A DNA stretch of 63,536 nt, filler included, from Choristocarpus tenellus KU-1152 (Eukaryota > Protista > Phaeophyceae): the NCBI GenBank assembly GCA_964200185.2. It is 13 parts of 13 records of this genome, joined end to end, with 100 filler letters (N's around TTAATTAATTAA, not from the genome) between each part and the next. Parts side by side here need not be neighbours in the genome. Positions count along the whole stretch, not along the records: positions 34,068 to 45,784 come from CAXNAD020002170.1; positions 45,885 to 49,117 come from CAXNAD020021362.1; positions 49,218 to 53,726 come from CAXNAD020014227.1; 10 more parts are not named here. One strand, given 5' to 3'. Shown piece after piece: positions 39,070 to 53,826 of this stretch (position 1 is the first letter of the stretch; each line of letters starts with the position of its first letter). Position numbers and translations under genes: made by a program. The notes under the pieces were generated by a model, which was not told the DNA's origin, did no database searches, and saw nothing but the letters and a program-made list of their open reading frames with translations.

Positions 39070-42000
39070 TGGATAGAAAAAGGGAGACAAAACGGGAAAG
39101 ACATGAAGTAATAAAAGGAAAAATAGTAATAATGGGAAGTAACATTAAGCAAAGAAAACAATAAGAATTAAAAAAAGGGTAAGAGTCAAACGGAAAAAAA
39201 ATAAATGGAGAAAATACAAAAAAAGGTATTAAAAAATGGACCCAAAAAATTGAAAATCGAAAAGACACAAATAACAATAATGTACAAAAGAAAAAAGGAA
39301 AGAGGGCAAAAAATGAAACGAGAAAAACAAAGAGTAAAAAAAAATATGGAAAAAGACAAAAATGTACATATCCAGAAAAAGTGCGCAGGATGAACAAGAA
39401 AAATATTTTAAAAAACAAGGCAAAAACAGGAAGAGGGAACAAACCAAAATGGCAAAGAAAAGAAGTAACACATTTGCATGCCTTAATCGCTATCATATGG
39501 ATGTGGGTTGTTTGCCACCGCCAGATTATTTTTTTATAAATTACATTGAATCTAATATACATACTTTACACTAACAAGTGGTACCAACCACAGCATAAAC
39601 TTATCCCGTTCATCTTCAACAGCCAATTGTATCACCTACACATCTTTCCGTCTACTACAGATATATTGCTCACTCCATCATTTCATCAACTCTCAACCAA
39701 GAGGAAAACAGATTATACCAGCACCATGAATCTAGTCTTCACAGACACAATACATGCCTCCTCCAAACGTGGGTACACAACAGACAGTCCAAGCACCATA
39801 TCCATTTTATTTCCTTCTTGTTGTCAATTTATCGCTGAATTGAGGATTACTCTCTTTCCTTCTCTAATGCCATGCCAATTCTATTCTTGCAGACTGTGAT
39901 AAATTATCTAGCACTTCCAACTCTAAGCAAGGAACTTAACCTTGCAATTTTTTCTATTTGCACACGTACCGATTGTAGTTTGATGCCCCCTGAAAGGATG
40001 GTGAGATGAACCTGATGCACAGTTTGCAAAAAATATATACAGATAGAGACGTGTGGCCAAACCTCATTGAAACATTTCTGACGAAGAATTAGGAGTACTT
40101 CATCTATCTCTCTGTGCTATTTACACAGAAGACATTTTAACAAAATCCCTCACTCTTAGCTGAGAAAGAAAGCTTCTTCTGTGAGTGGGGGCCGTTGGGG
40201 AACAACAATATACGGGAAAAATTCGCTCAATTTCTTAGTGACATCTTGTTCTTAGTCCCATATCATACATGTCATGGTCAATTTGTCACGTCTGGGGATG
40301 CGTGTATCGAAGTACTTGACACAGATTCAAGGACAGTCCATACGTCCATATTGGTTGTTGTACACAAACACTTGAAAATATCTATGATATTCATGGGCAG
40401 GGGGTACCATCTTCAAAGGTCAGAGGAGTTATCCTTACATTTATTGTTTCCTTAGCTAGAGATTAACTGACGTCATCAAGTATTATATATGAGAAAACTA
40501 TTGTTGTTGTTGTGAGGCACGTTCTCTCGAAAATCTCTGGCATTTTCTGGCAATCAATCCATACAGTATATATAGTAGTACACTTTGCATATCATTCCTC
40601 GGTTCTATTTGTGGAGAATGAGATATAGAGCATAAATTCCTGTACTTGTGGAAGCGTCAAAGGTGCCAAGTTCTCTGCTCAAGGGGGCAATCACAATCAC
40701 CGGAGTGAACTCTTCCACCTCAGAGGGTGAGACCGAGTATCAAAGGTCTTGGCCCAACATCTCAAAGTCTGTTGTGGAAATTCAGCACAGAACAAAAACC
40801 TCAAAACACAACAGATTTTCCCGAATGACTGAGCAATGTCACAGCAAAGAAATGGGTCGGTCAGAATCGGAATGCCTCTTCGTTCTGACAGTCCATTTTG
40901 ACTGTTTGGTCAAATCCGGATCCTACGGGTGTGATTGGTTTGTTGGACTGGTCGGTATGGGTGAGCTCAAATGACGTGGTTGACGCGCGCAATTTTATAC
41001 GACCGCGCGTCTTAATGCACAAGTAGTGTGTGTGTTGGAGATCCCAAAAAAGGAACCTGTCCCTGACATATTCATGAAGTATATATTAGAGTTTTTGGAT
41101 AGAGGAACCATTTGATAAAGTTTACAAAACAATTTTGTTCTATACAGAATATATGGAATATATTGATGGGTAAATCTGAAATTCAAAACAGAAACAACCT
41201 ATTATTCTGAGTGTAGGACAGATAGAGATAACTTCCACAAAATAAACTGCTTAACTTTTTGGCATTGACCCTTAATAAGGAAGTGGGGTGGAGATACTTT
41301 GTACTCCGATGGGATACAAGTGAAATTTATCTAGGAAAGAAAATAATCCCATATCACTACCTGACAGTCCATGGTAATTCGATACCTACATCTATATCGT
41401 TTGTAATTTCCTATTTCTTGTCGCTCTGTATATTTCTGCTACTACTTCATAGAAGGTACAATACTGCTTCGTAAAACATATTTAGATTTCCTCACGAATT
41501 CCGTATTCATTGGGTTGCCTTGTCCTAGGATTCCATCCTCTCTCCACCTGCTTAACTAATGTAACACCACTTCTTCCTTCCTTCCCCTCACTATCCTCGT
41601 TCCCCCACCCACCATGTGGACAAATCAGCATCTCCAGTCACCATCCACCCCAGCCACCTCCACGTATACAGTGACCAACTATTGAGATCACTCTTGGCCA
41701 CTGGTTTCCAAACAACTCCAAATGCCGCCACCCTACGTATATCCAGTGACCAACCATTGCGAACAATCTGCAATACTGATTTGCAGTCATGAATCAAAGT
41801 GGACAATTCCCATGACCAATCAGTGCAGACAATCTTCGCAACTGATTTCAGTCACCAACCAGTGCGACCAATACACCCAACTTGTTTCTACTCTCCAACT
41901 AATACAGAAAATTCCTGCAAATAATTCCACCGTCCTCCACCACACTCTACGACAATCAACCTTCCCAAACAACATTTTTCGCCACTTTGTACTACATCAC

Positions 42001-42329
42001 ACCATTTTCCACTATACCACACCACTCAGAACCACTCCACAAGACTCCAAAGATAATAATAGTGTAAGGCCGCGACTGTTTGATATCCTTAATCCGACGT
42101 TGTGATCTAGATCGAATTTTGCCTAGCAAGTATCATATTCCTTCATCCAGACACACCTTCCAAGGTCGAATCCTCACTTTACTACCACTAAATGTTTCGA
42201 AAAGTGAAAAACGAAATAAATAACAGGTGGAAAATCGGAAAGAAAAAGGCAAACATCCAACGCTCTAAATACTTCCGTACCAACATTACACATTCATCGA
42301 CAAACACTAATCCATCATGACTTCCACTA

Positions 42330-45300
42330 CTCTATAACGAAAATTCTGCCAGAGTCAATATCAGCGTCATATTCAGTATCAGTATCAGTATCAGTATCAA
42401 TATCAGCATCGTTATCAGTATCACTATCCCTGCAGTTTCCCTGCAGTGTGGGTATGATTCGATTGGCAACCTCCAGGTAAAGTCTAGGGCTTCGCCTGGA
42501 GCTACGGCTAGAGCTACGGCTAGAACTAGGGTTTGGGCTACGGCTGGAGCTACGACCAGAGCTGGGGTTTGGGCTAGGGTTGGTCCTGATCGTGCGTAAC
42601 ATTTTATGGACAGCACCCATCCAGTTGATTGCATTGGTCGTTCGTGTATTTTTCGTGTTGGCACACCTGCAGCAAAAACAAACAAAACAAACAACAGAAT
42701 TTTCCCACAGAACCTGCTCTGTATGTCTGTAGGAATCTGAATGGAGGTGAAAATGCACTATACTCGAGCAATGCAGGTACAATAAACCCCACAAACATGT
42801 ACGCTTGCGTACTTGAGTAGTGTTTGGATGTCGTAGTTTCATTTTCGCCATGCCGGACAACGACCACCCCCCTCCTTGGCCTGTTTTGTTAACTGTGATG
42901 ACCAGCAGGTCGAAAGAGAGATGCCAGGTGTAAGAACAAAAAAGTGTTGTTGGAACTGACTAGCCGTGGCACGGGAGGGAGAGGCCAACTCAGGGTGATG
43001 ACAATCATCAGTGCTGCTACCAGCTGGTACCCTGGTCCTCAGGGCCACTCGAGCCAAGCACGACAAATGTCCAGTCACTAAGCCCAATGGGTGTAAACGG
43101 AGATTAGACAGGGCAGTTGAATCGATAATTGCGCTTCTGTCGATGGATCTGGTTAAAAAAATCCTGCTAGGAGAGGGAGCTTGACTGGTGCAATGACAGC
43201 ATACCAACCGTATCATGATGGGTGGGGTGTCTTGTCGTGCGTACTACAACAACTACTACTACTACTACGACTGCACAAACACAATCACACACATACACAC
43301 ACGTAAAGTACTCTTGTTGGTGGTGGTGGTCTTCCCTTCTTCTGTGCAGGATGACTGCAGTGTCAGTGATAGTCCTCATCACGAGTAATTTTAGATAGAC
43401 GGCACCCATCGAGTTGATTGCATTGGTCGTTCATGTATTTTTCGTGTTGGCACCTGCAGCAAACACGAGAAAAAAAATAGAGAGAACTCTGCCACAGTAT
43501 CTGCTCTGTACGTACGTAGCTAGGAATGTATGGAGGTGGCGATCCACTATACTCGAAAGTAATGCAGTTACAATAAACATCACGAACATGTACGCTTACG
43601 TACTTGAGTAGTGGTTGGTTGCCGTTGTTTTATTTTCGTCCTGACAACGACCACCCCCCTCCTTGGCCTGTTTTGTGAGCTGTGATGGCCAGCAGGTCGA
43701 AAGAGAGATACCAGATAGATGTAAGGAGAGAGAAATGTTGTTAGACCTGGATAGCTTTGGTACGGGAGGGAGTGGCCCATAGATTAGACTGGGCAGATAA
43801 TCGTGCTTCTGTCCATGGGTCTGGTGTCGGGTTGAAACATTATTACTGCTAGGTGAGGGAGCTTGACTGGTACAATGACAGCATACCGACCGTATCATGA
43901 TGGGTGGGGTGTCTCGTCGTGCGTACTACTACTACAACTACTAATACTACGACTGCACAAACACAAAGACACACATACATACATGTAAGGTAATCATATT
44001 AGTGGTAGTGGTCTTCAAACTTTCGGGGCAGGATGCATGCAGTATCAGTGTTAGTGCTGATCACGAGCAATTAAAGATAGAAGGCACATATCCAGTTCAT
44101 TGCATTGGTCGTTCATGTATTTTTCCTGTTCGCACCTGCAAAAAAAAACAGAACAAGAATAGAGAGAAATCTGCCACAGTCCCTGCCCTGTACGTACGTA
44201 GCAATGTATAAATAGAGGTGGCGATGCACTATACTCAAGTCCTGAAGTTACAGTAAACGTCACCAACACGTACACGCTTGCGTACTTGAGTAGTGGTTGG
44301 TTGCCGCTGATTTTTTTTCGCCCTGACAACGACCACCACCCTCCTTGACCTGTTTTGTGATCCATGATAGAGCTGTAATGTCAGTCAGGTCGAAGAAGAG
44401 ATCCCAGACGTAAGAAACATAACACTGGCATGTATACAGTTGATTGCACTGTTCATTCGTGTAGTATTATTCGTGTTGGCACCCGCAGCCCCAAAAATAA
44501 AAGAAATAAATCTCGCACAGTACATTCTGTACGCAAGTAGCAATGTATGAAGGTGACGATGCACTATACTCGAGTAATGCGGTTACAGTAAACGTCACGA
44601 ACACGTACACTTGCGTACTTGAGTAGTGGTTGGTTGCCGTTATTGTTTTTTCGCCCTGACAACGACCATCCCCCTCCTTGGCCTGTTTTGTGAGCCGTGA
44701 TAGAGCTGTGTGATAACTAGCAGGTCGAAAGAGAGATCCCAGGTGTAAGGAAAAAATGTTGTTGGAGCTGGCTAACTGTAGGACAAGAGGGAGAGGCCAC
44801 CTCAGGGTGGTGTGTCCCTAACCGGACCAGTCGAGGGGGGGCTCGGCGTGGCTATGAAAATGATCAGTGCTGCTACAGGCCGGTCCCCAGAGCTGCCCGA
44901 GTCGAGCACAAATGAATGATCACTGCGCCAAAAATGGGCATAGACGGAGATTAGACTGGGCACTTGAAACGGTAATCGTGGTTCTGTGGATGGGTCAGGT
45001 GTCAGGTTGAAACATTCCTGCCAGGTGAGGGAGCTTGACTGGTGCAACGACACCATTCCGATCGTATTTTGATTTGTGGGGTCTCGTCGTGAGTACTACT
45101 ACGCACATGTAAAGTACAATTAGTGGTCTTCAATTGTGCTAGGTAGAATCCCTGCACTGTCGGGATGAGTATCGTTTTCAGCATCAGTATCGTTAGCAGT
45201 ATCGATATCGAAATCGTTATCGGTATCACCATCCCTATCCCTCCAGTTTTCCTGCAGTTTGACTTTGATTCTATTGACGAGCTCCAGCTAAGGTCTAGAG

Positions 45301-45784
45301 CTTCGGCTGAAGCTAGGGCTTGGGCTAGGGCTACACCCGGATCGAGGGATTGGGCTAGGGCTACACCAAGAGCCAGGGCTTGGGCTAGTGTTAGTCCTGA
45401 TCGTGAGCGATTTGATGGAGAAGGCACGTACACAGTTGATTGCACTGGTCGTTCGTGTAGTATTATTCCTGTAGGTATCCACGAAAAAAACAAGAAATAA
45501 ATCTCCCACAGTACCTTCTGTACGCACGTAGCAATGTATGAAGGTGACGATGCACTATACTCGAGTCCTGAAGTTACAGTAAACGTCACCAACACGTACT
45601 CTTGCGTACTTGAGTAGTGGTTGGTTGCCGCTGAGTTTTTTTCGCCCTGACAACGACCACCCCCCTCCTTGGCCTGTTTTGTGAGCCGTGATAGAACTGT
45701 GATGACCGTCAGGTCGAAGAAGAGATCCCAGACGTAAGAAACATAACACTGGCATGTATACAGTTCATTGCATTGGTCGTTCGA
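42330..45784 (-). repeat. Complex tandem amplification of a 330-1000 bp unit (core copies at about 42621, 43411, 44092, 44437, 45432, 45761) with an apparent exon-intron-exon structure
   Basis: Recurring CAGTTGATTGCATTGGTCGTTC...GCACTATACTCGAG...GTACTTGAGTAGTGGTTGG...ACAACGACCACCCCCTCCTTGGCCTGTTTTGTG. Confidence 0.9.
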
Positions 45785-47184
45785 NNNNNNNNNNNNNNNN
45801 NNNNNNNNNNNNNNNNNNNNNNNNNNNNTTAATTAATTAANNNNNNNNNNNNNNNNNNNNNNNNNNNNNNNNNNNNNNNNNNNNGGGGGGGTGGGGGGTT
45901 GGGGGGGGGGTGGGGGTGTGTTGGGGGGTTGTTAGTGGGGGGGGGTTGTGTTGTGTCTGCTGAGGTGTGTCATTGTCAGTAAGTGGGTTAGGGTGTCTGG
46001 CTGGATTATTTTTTTTTGTCATACGGTGTTCAAAAATATAAAATATTTTTTTCTCTCTGGTGTCACTTTTTTTTTTATTGTGTTATTTCATGTGTGCGAA
46101 GGTGATGTGCCTCTTTAGAACCAAAAGGGTAAAATCGAGAGGTGGGCGGGTTTGGGCCATTTTCCGTTCCAAGTCATCCATTCGAAGTCACCTCTCTTAC
46201 TTGTCACCTCTCTTACTTACCCTGTGCAGTACGGTGCACTTCATTGCCTCACATGTATGTACTCGATTGCTTTCGGGAAAATTGATGTTCCCCCCCCCCC
46301 CCCCCCCCCCCCCATTTCCACAAAGTGATACGCTACAATCAGGCAAGAGGTTCTTTCTGAAATTGTTCCAAAATGTCGTCTGCTTTGCCACTTTCTCAGG
46401 ACTCATATATTAAGATGCAACATATATTAAGATGCAACCCTGCCTCCTACCCCTTGTGTGATTTGACCACCCCTTCCCTGAACAGTTGTCTCGTCAAGTC
46501 TCAAGAATCTTGACGATCACTAAGGGTTCTCCTGTTGACTCCTGTGGAGTGTGTGACCCTTTACCACCCAATCCTGGGCCCGAAAATATTAGGGAACGAT
46601 ACACCCTCCATTTTTTTAGAGAAGCTGACCCACCCCCCCTTCCCTCCCTTTTTTCCTGGTTCGATTCACTGCAATGTTTTAATCAAACATTTAATCAAAC
46701 ATTTATTCAAACATCCCTTTCCTTTGATTTCCCCTCCTTCCGCCCCATCTTTTCCTATTTGTTGTCCCAACCATCAGTATTATGCCCCCCCCCCCACCCT
46801 CAAGCTCTCTACTACTGCACTGCAATCCCCCATGCAAAGCCTTTTCAACCCTCGAACTTTTATCTCCACCGCCTGTCTCATCGTCTGGTTTAGTTCCCGG
46901 CCCCCTTTCAATAGAAGAAATTTCCTCAATAATTTTCTCCTTGAAAATCACGATACAATATATATGGGCGTGTGCATGCATGCGTGCGTGTTTAAATAAA
47001 AACATGTGCATTTTGAATCTCAACTGAAACTGTGATGCCGCCACCAACAGGGAAGAGAATGGAATGAATTACAGAAAAATTAAAAAAAAAAAAAGTATCG
47101 TGATTTTTCAAGACCCTCTGGATCCTCAATGTAGTTACCAACCACCCTTGCTGAGATTCCCCTCACTCGTACGGTGTTGTCTAG

Positions 47185-47328
47185 GTTATGAGATTTCTCA
47201 GAAGCCGTTGCATCACACGTGCGAAGAGGTCTCAACTCGTGGCTGCTCTCAGGGAGAGGTTGAGGGCGGTGTCTCCCTCGGGGGAGGTTTCTACTGAGGA
47301 TGAGGAGGCGTTGTTGGGCTTGGAGAAG
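47185..47328 (+). CDS. Isolated internal exon of an unidentified host gene
   Basis: CTAG|GTT...GAGAAG|GTAAAA borders. 144-bp phase-0 open frame VMRFLRSRCITRAKRSQLVAALRERLRAVSPSGEVSTEDEEALLGLEK with low-complexity, intron-like flanks. Confidence 0.55.
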
Positions 47329-49520
47329 GTAAAAAATAAAAAGCGCCCAATATATATATATACATATATACGTGTATATACATATGTATATATGTGTGTG
47401 TTTTTTTTTTAATTGAAGAAGTTACCCCTGGTGTAGTGCGGTCATAGGCGATGATGCAGTTTTACTCGAAATTGAGTGGAGGGTTCTCAACTCTTAATAA
47501 CTCAAAATGGTTCTGATATTGGAAGGAAGGAAGGAAGGAAGGAAGGAAGGACGGATGGCGGGGTTGCAAGAGACCGTTTTTGATCGATGACCTCAAATAC
47601 AAAAAGAGAGAGGATTCTGATTTCGGTAGCGACATGCCTTGATTCTGAAGAAAGAAATAGAAAAGTTTTGGGATCATAGTTTTTTTTTTCAGCTAGGATT
47701 TTTTTTTCCCCAAAGCAGGTGGAAGAGAGTCGCGCCTGATGGTGATTTGTTGGTTGGTGTGATTAACAGTGATTAACTACTGATTAACAGTGATGAACTA
47801 CTGATTAACAGTGCTCGTCTTGAATAATGTATCTGTACGTGATGGACACTACAATATTGTACCGCTTGGACTAGAGGTATACCTTACAGGGATGCATAGA
47901 TTGGTCTGTACGAAGAGCGCCCACCCTCGAGCTCCAGAGCGCTCGATAGTCCTGCCACAGGTTGCTACGGAGCAACCCAGGGTAGCTAGTAGTTTGTAGT
48001 TGTCCTTCGGAGAGGAAGCTCGAACAAACTCGAGATCGCAGAACTTCCCCCGAGAAATTAGAAACAAACGCATCTTAGATTCAGCCTTAAGAAATTAGAA
48101 CTCTCTTCCTGTCCCAAGAAAACTAAATCTCAAAGCAGGAGATGGCTGGTCCTGTTTCATGCGTCAAGAAACGTGAAAAGTTGATCCAAGACTCTTTCTT
48201 ACATGTACTACTATATAGTTATTTGATTTTTTATTTTTATCCCATGCTTCGTGTAATCCTGTGGGCCTAACCAACCAATGAAACTGCTGACAGCCTAGAA
48301 AAATAAAAATAAAAATCTAGCAATTGAAACACTTTTTTTTTTAAGGTTGGGGTGGGGGATGACCCCAGAAGAAGAAGAAAAAAATGTATGTATATATATA
48401 TATATTTTTTTTAATTGTGTTTTTGTTGGTTTGAAGTTACGCGTCAAAGAGGCTTTCAATATATACATATATATATATTTATTTGCAATATTCCTTGTAA
48501 ATTTCATGTGATCTGGCATGAACCCGTGGCTGTGGATGTGACTACGGGGCGACCACGATGACTATGGTGGCGGCTACGGTGGTTGGGTGCGGTTCGCATG
48601 GAAGGCCATGGTGACAAGGAGTACAATGAATCTGCAAGCGATGGTCTCAGATAAGGAGGTGGAGAGGCAAGGGGAGGGGGAAGGAGAGGGCGAAGCACCC
48701 CTCCGCTATGAGTTTGATCGAAAGTTCCTCTTCAGGTGATGATGGTGTTCAATGCCCATATGATGGTGGGTACTGGAGTGAATTGTGGAGGGTGAGGGGA
48801 GGGGGCGGTCAAGATCATCATCAGAGCATTGCCATTGCCGTTGTGTGGCACTTATCATGTATGTGTGTAAATATGTATGATGTATTTTGGTTATTGTTGT
48901 GCAGTGAGCAACGTAGGGGTATTGAAGGGTAGTTAGTTGGTTGTATCCATTGCTGCGGCTTGTTCGTGTGAGGATTTTTCGATAGCAAAATTCGCATCAT
49001 ATTTTGTTTTGTTTTGTTTTGTTTTGTTTTAATTTTTTTTAAAGATTGTTTTTATTTACGGGGGGGGGGGGGTGCGCAAGAGATCGTAACACTCGCATCC
49101 AGTCTTTCCTTTTTTTTNNNNNNNNNNNNNNNNNNNNNNNNNNNNNNNNNNNNNNNNNNNNTTAATTAATTAANNNNNNNNNNNNNNNNNNNNNNNNNNN
49201 NNNNNNNNNNNNNNNNNCAGGGCAGGGCAGGGGAAGTTCATGGGGGGGTGGGGGAGGGGGGCTTTGGTTGTTTGTTAGGTCAGTTGTCTCCTCCAGTTGG
49301 CTGGAATGGCGTAACTTTGGACAAACTTCAGGTGCTCCACTCATATTCCTCCTCTTCAAATAATTATAGCGGTGGGGTTGGGGTGGGGGTGGGGTGGGGG
49401 GGGGGCAGGAAAGGAACGAGTCGACACCAAGAGGGATGTAGACATCCATTGGGCAGCAAGGAAAAACTCTGCGTTTCTCTTTTCCGAGAGAGACCCCAGC
49501 TCCAACCCCTACCCAATCGC

Positions 49521-51041
49521 TCAGGCATTTTTCACCTCCAGAAGAGCTTTCAGAACTGATCCACGGCGGCCAGGTGCCACAGGAATGGTGCCATTGCCTG
49601 CTCCGGTGGAAACAGGATCACGAAGGGTGAGGCCCGACATCTTACGACCCAGTCTGTCCCAGCACATGGTGCAGGCCCTGTCCCCTCGAATGCGGTTGTT
49701 GGAGCAGTCATCGCAGACCACACGGCCACAGAACCTGTGATGTTTGAGAGAGGGGCAGGGGTGATATGGAGGCGTTTATTCAAAGGGGAAAAGAAGGAGT
49801 GGCGAGGAAATATATTCAGGGTGCAAGGAGATAAACAGGGCTTGTTCACATAGCAAGCATTAAGACGGGTTATTCTTGCCAAGGATGTATGAGGTAGTAC
49901 CTCTCAAACTCGCATGGAGTAGGAACATATGTCAATAATACCTGCAGTGGTGCCGTCGCTTCACCATGCTGAATTCGGACCTGCACACACTACAGTTCAA
50001 TGCCATATCGTCGGGAACCCAGTGGTGCTCTGGCACCATTCCCATGACTGCACTCTCATGTCCAGGGAGAGGACCAGTGCTACTGTAGGCGGTGCTTGTT
50101 GTAGCTGACCTTTATTGGTGATTGGGGGCGACAAGGGTGGGATATGGGGTGTGGTGCGTAAGGGTTGAAAGGTTGACGGTAAAACTGGCACACGAATATG
50201 TTCCAATGGTCTTCCCCACCCCCCGTCCGGCAACATTAATAATATCCAAGCTTTGCACCCTATCCCCAATTGAAGTATATAAAAGGATGGCGTTGGTGCC
50301 TCAAAACCTCCTTCTACGATGGAAACGCTGGGTGTTTAGTAAATATCAAAATATGACGTCATATCCTTTGAGTCGAAACTATTCCTACAAGAATAGCATA
50401 TAACCTGCAGGGCAGCAATTTTCAAACTCGTTAACCACCATACCTTGAAGCATGAAGAAATATGCAGGTAAGACATCTTACGTGATGATGAAGACGCTGA
50501 GGCTTTGTGGAGAAGATTTTCCCAATCATTCATAATTGATCAAGCATTCTATTGTGTGATACCTCGGTCTACAGGATCATGCTTCGGGTAAAATGTAATG
50601 TGATGCCTATATTTTGTCGGCAAGTAGGTGTCAGCAGCTATGAGTGCTTTATTCAGTAGGTATGTAAATCATTGAGGTGCAGGATAGGTCTATTTACAAC
50701 TGAGCCGGAGTCCAAAGCAGGCATTCTGCATATGGCAGATGGATCCGTGGCATTTCCAGAGATTTAACAAAGTTTGAGTGAAAGAAGGAGTAGTCCTCTG
50801 TACTGATGTCATGTTATTAGAGGAATGTCCCACACCTGGTGGATGTTTTGCTGAACGCACTATTGATGCGCCTCAGTGGTGTCTTCACCCTTTCGCTGCT
50901 ACCATGGGCCGTTGAGGCCCGCCGAGCGGCTGCGGGTGTCATCGTTTGAAAACGATCCAGGTTCACGTTTTTTCGGTCATAACCCTCCTGTACATCTTGG
51001 TTTGGAACATCGTCAGAAGGTACACGTGAATGACGGCTCAT
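49521..51041 (-). CDS. FYVE zinc-finger domain protein; exons 51041-50836, 50109-49942, 49734-49521 (or donor at 49536 if the gene continues)
   Basis: Phase-consistent GT-AG splicing gives MSRHSRVP...KTSTR|SATT...HWVPDDMALNCSVCRSEFSMVKRRHHCR|FCGRVVCDDCSNNRIRGDRACTMCWD, with the canonical WxxD, RRHHCR and RxCxxC FYVE motifs. Confidence 0.92.
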
Positions 51042-53826
51042 CTCAGCAGGGGAACTGCTGAGCAGCACTCAACACAGCTATTGGAGAGAGGAATTCAGAT
51101 TCCACTGTCTTCCCGTGAAATGTTTTACCCCTCGACGTTCACATCCACTTAAGTGGTATCTAGTACGTATCAACAACCATGATGGCACCAAATTAAAGAA
51201 GTTTGCCTCCAACTCTCATATCCATTCTACAATCTGAAATGTCAAATATTGTTTCGGGAGAATAGGGGATCGGAGGAATAATCCCCTGAATTACTCCGTC
51301 ATGTGTCATAGAAGAGGGACATAAAATTGGGTAGGATTGGTTGACGACTGACTTCTCGGTCTGATCTACAATTGAGGAGCAAAATTGAAGGAAGGATACA
51401 CTTAGGAAGAGAAGGCAAAGTTCACTACTGGTCGAACCTTGCCCTCTACAAACAGTACTTGGGGAGTATGAGGTCAGAATTGAGGTTGGGTGTTAGAAGG
51501 ACATAAGTCATACTGGGGAAACAACTTGAAGATGCTGAACAAAGTCGGCACTTAACTCTCCTCTCACTTGCACCCTATTAACCAAAATCGTTCAAGGAGG
51601 GTCATTGTGCTTGAATCAATCCCTAGAAATCAATAAGACACCGAGCTGATACTCATCGATTGGGCTTTACTATCTGGGCAGGAAACTATTTGGAAAGAAA
51701 GCTGCTGTCGCTACGGTTGCAGCTGCAGTGTCTCGAGGACCAGGTATTGATCTCTTGAGCTTAAACGAACCATTCTACCATTATGTCGCACTTCTCGTGG
51801 CACTCCACATGACTATGGCGGTACTCGTTCGGAGGGTAGACCCCTTCAAGTTTAACCCTGGTCTACTGGCACACCAGGTGTGATAGTCCTACTAAATGCC
51901 TTTCTCGTAGAGAGGGACTGATCTTGTATTTGGGAGGAAGGGGGGGGGTAACACATCGATGATATTCACATAGTTTTTAGACGTTTAGTGGTATCATGTG
52001 CTTGCGTTCTGATATTTTGTCCCGTGTCCTCTTTATACCGGTTGAAGATTCATTGGATCATCAGTACAGCTCCTCATCCCCGCTATTGTTGTTTGGCCTG
52101 CTATTTAGTTTGAAACACACCAATGCGCTGCACGCCAATTTTTTTAACAAAATGAATCGTGGGAGAGGAGATGTGCATGTCATTTCTTATGCGAAGTAGA
52201 TAACAAACCTCCTAGCAATGACAAGAAGAAAGGTTTGGGTCAATTCCATCCATGACTCTCTCCTTACCATATATACCAGAATAAGACCAGTGTGTGCGCA
52301 TAACTGCGCTGTAGCTCCTGCCTTCTCTATCACCCAGGAGCACGTGACAAGAATAATTCCCTCCCACACTCACTTTCAATATCTAACCATCCATTAACAA
52401 GTGGACAATGAACGTACAAATGTATGCCGTTCTGCTCTGCAACCATCAACGGACTTGATAACGTTTAGTCAAATCACCTGTCCATAAGTCCCTCTCTTGT
52501 AATCTACAATCTCATTCCCCAGTACTCTCGGAAAAATGTGCCGACTTAGGTGTGCTCACTCGTCTGCATAGTACAGTGCGGCTACTGGGGCGTAAAGTAC
52601 TGGTTTGGAGAGGCGTCCACAGCCGACGACCGCCTGTATGGGTTTTTACCAGGGGCGGTACACGTGGGCAAGGTATAGTTCTTCACTTCCATGATCACAC
52701 TTCCTGTTTTCATGCCTGGCTCATGTGTGTCAACACCCCGTTGGAGGTTTTTTGTCATCTGTCCAAGAATCTTCCCTCCTTGTTAGCATGGAAAATTTCA
52801 ACATTTTTTCAACATTTTTTCAACTTTTTTTTTTGTGTAATCTGTGTCACATTTTTCTCATCATCGCTACAGACGTGCATAGCATAATCCATTCACAACA
52901 AGTCAGTCAATCTGAAGTGTGTCCGATGGATCTGGGAGAGGGTGAAGGGTATTATCCTATCAGTGCTACGTGACCCCCACACCAATAAATAAATAAATAA
53001 ACTCCCCAATATCGTCATAATATTATTTATTTATTATGACGATCGTATCCGTAGTAAGTATTATTTCCGACAAAAAATGGTGCTTGAGGTGATGTCTCAT
53101 TGGGTGCCGGTTCACATGTACGGGCTGAACGAACGCCTTGGTGCTGTACTGTAGACAATGTGACACATTTGGAAGGGTTCGAATCAGGGAGATGCTGTCC
53201 AGCGCACCCTAGAGAATAGGTTCTCCCCTCATCCCCCCTCCTCCCCCCCAAAAAAAAATAAAAAAAATAAAAAAAATAAAAAAATAAAAATAATATTAAA
53301 TATTTTTTGGGGGGTGGGCTGCTGCCTATGAAAGGAATGAAAATTCTCGAAAGACTAAAATAGAGGCCAAGAGGCCAGTGGAACCGTACAGAGGTAGGGT
53401 AACTGAGTATAGTTTGAATTGCACTTCCACCGGGTTGTGCATGTATGGCGAGGGACGGTCTGCCCGCGAGGTGACATGTTGGTTGTTACTTCTTCCCTTT
53501 TAGAGCTCCTCAGGGAACAGTTATTATTCACTCAAAAAAAAAAAAGAGAAACGAGTGGGATTACTATACTATCGTTAAAAAAAAAAACGATTGTAACTGA
53601 TCGCGCTTTTCGTGTTCTCTCTTTTTTTATCGAGTGGGCCTGAAAAAAAAAAAGGGGGGGGCCTCGTCGTTCGTCTCTTGGAAAACGTACGTCGCTGCGC
53701 TCACGACGACTCCCCCCCCCCCACCCNNNNNNNNNNNNNNNNNNNNNNNNNNNNNNNNNNNNNNNNNNNNTTAATTAATTAANNNNNNNNNNNNNNNNNN
53801 NNNNNNNNNNNNNNNNNNNNNNNNNN

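Noticed and set aside
38367-39161. 264-aa minus-strand ORF
   Set aside because: It is the antisense shadow of the mariner transposase plus a low-complexity flank.
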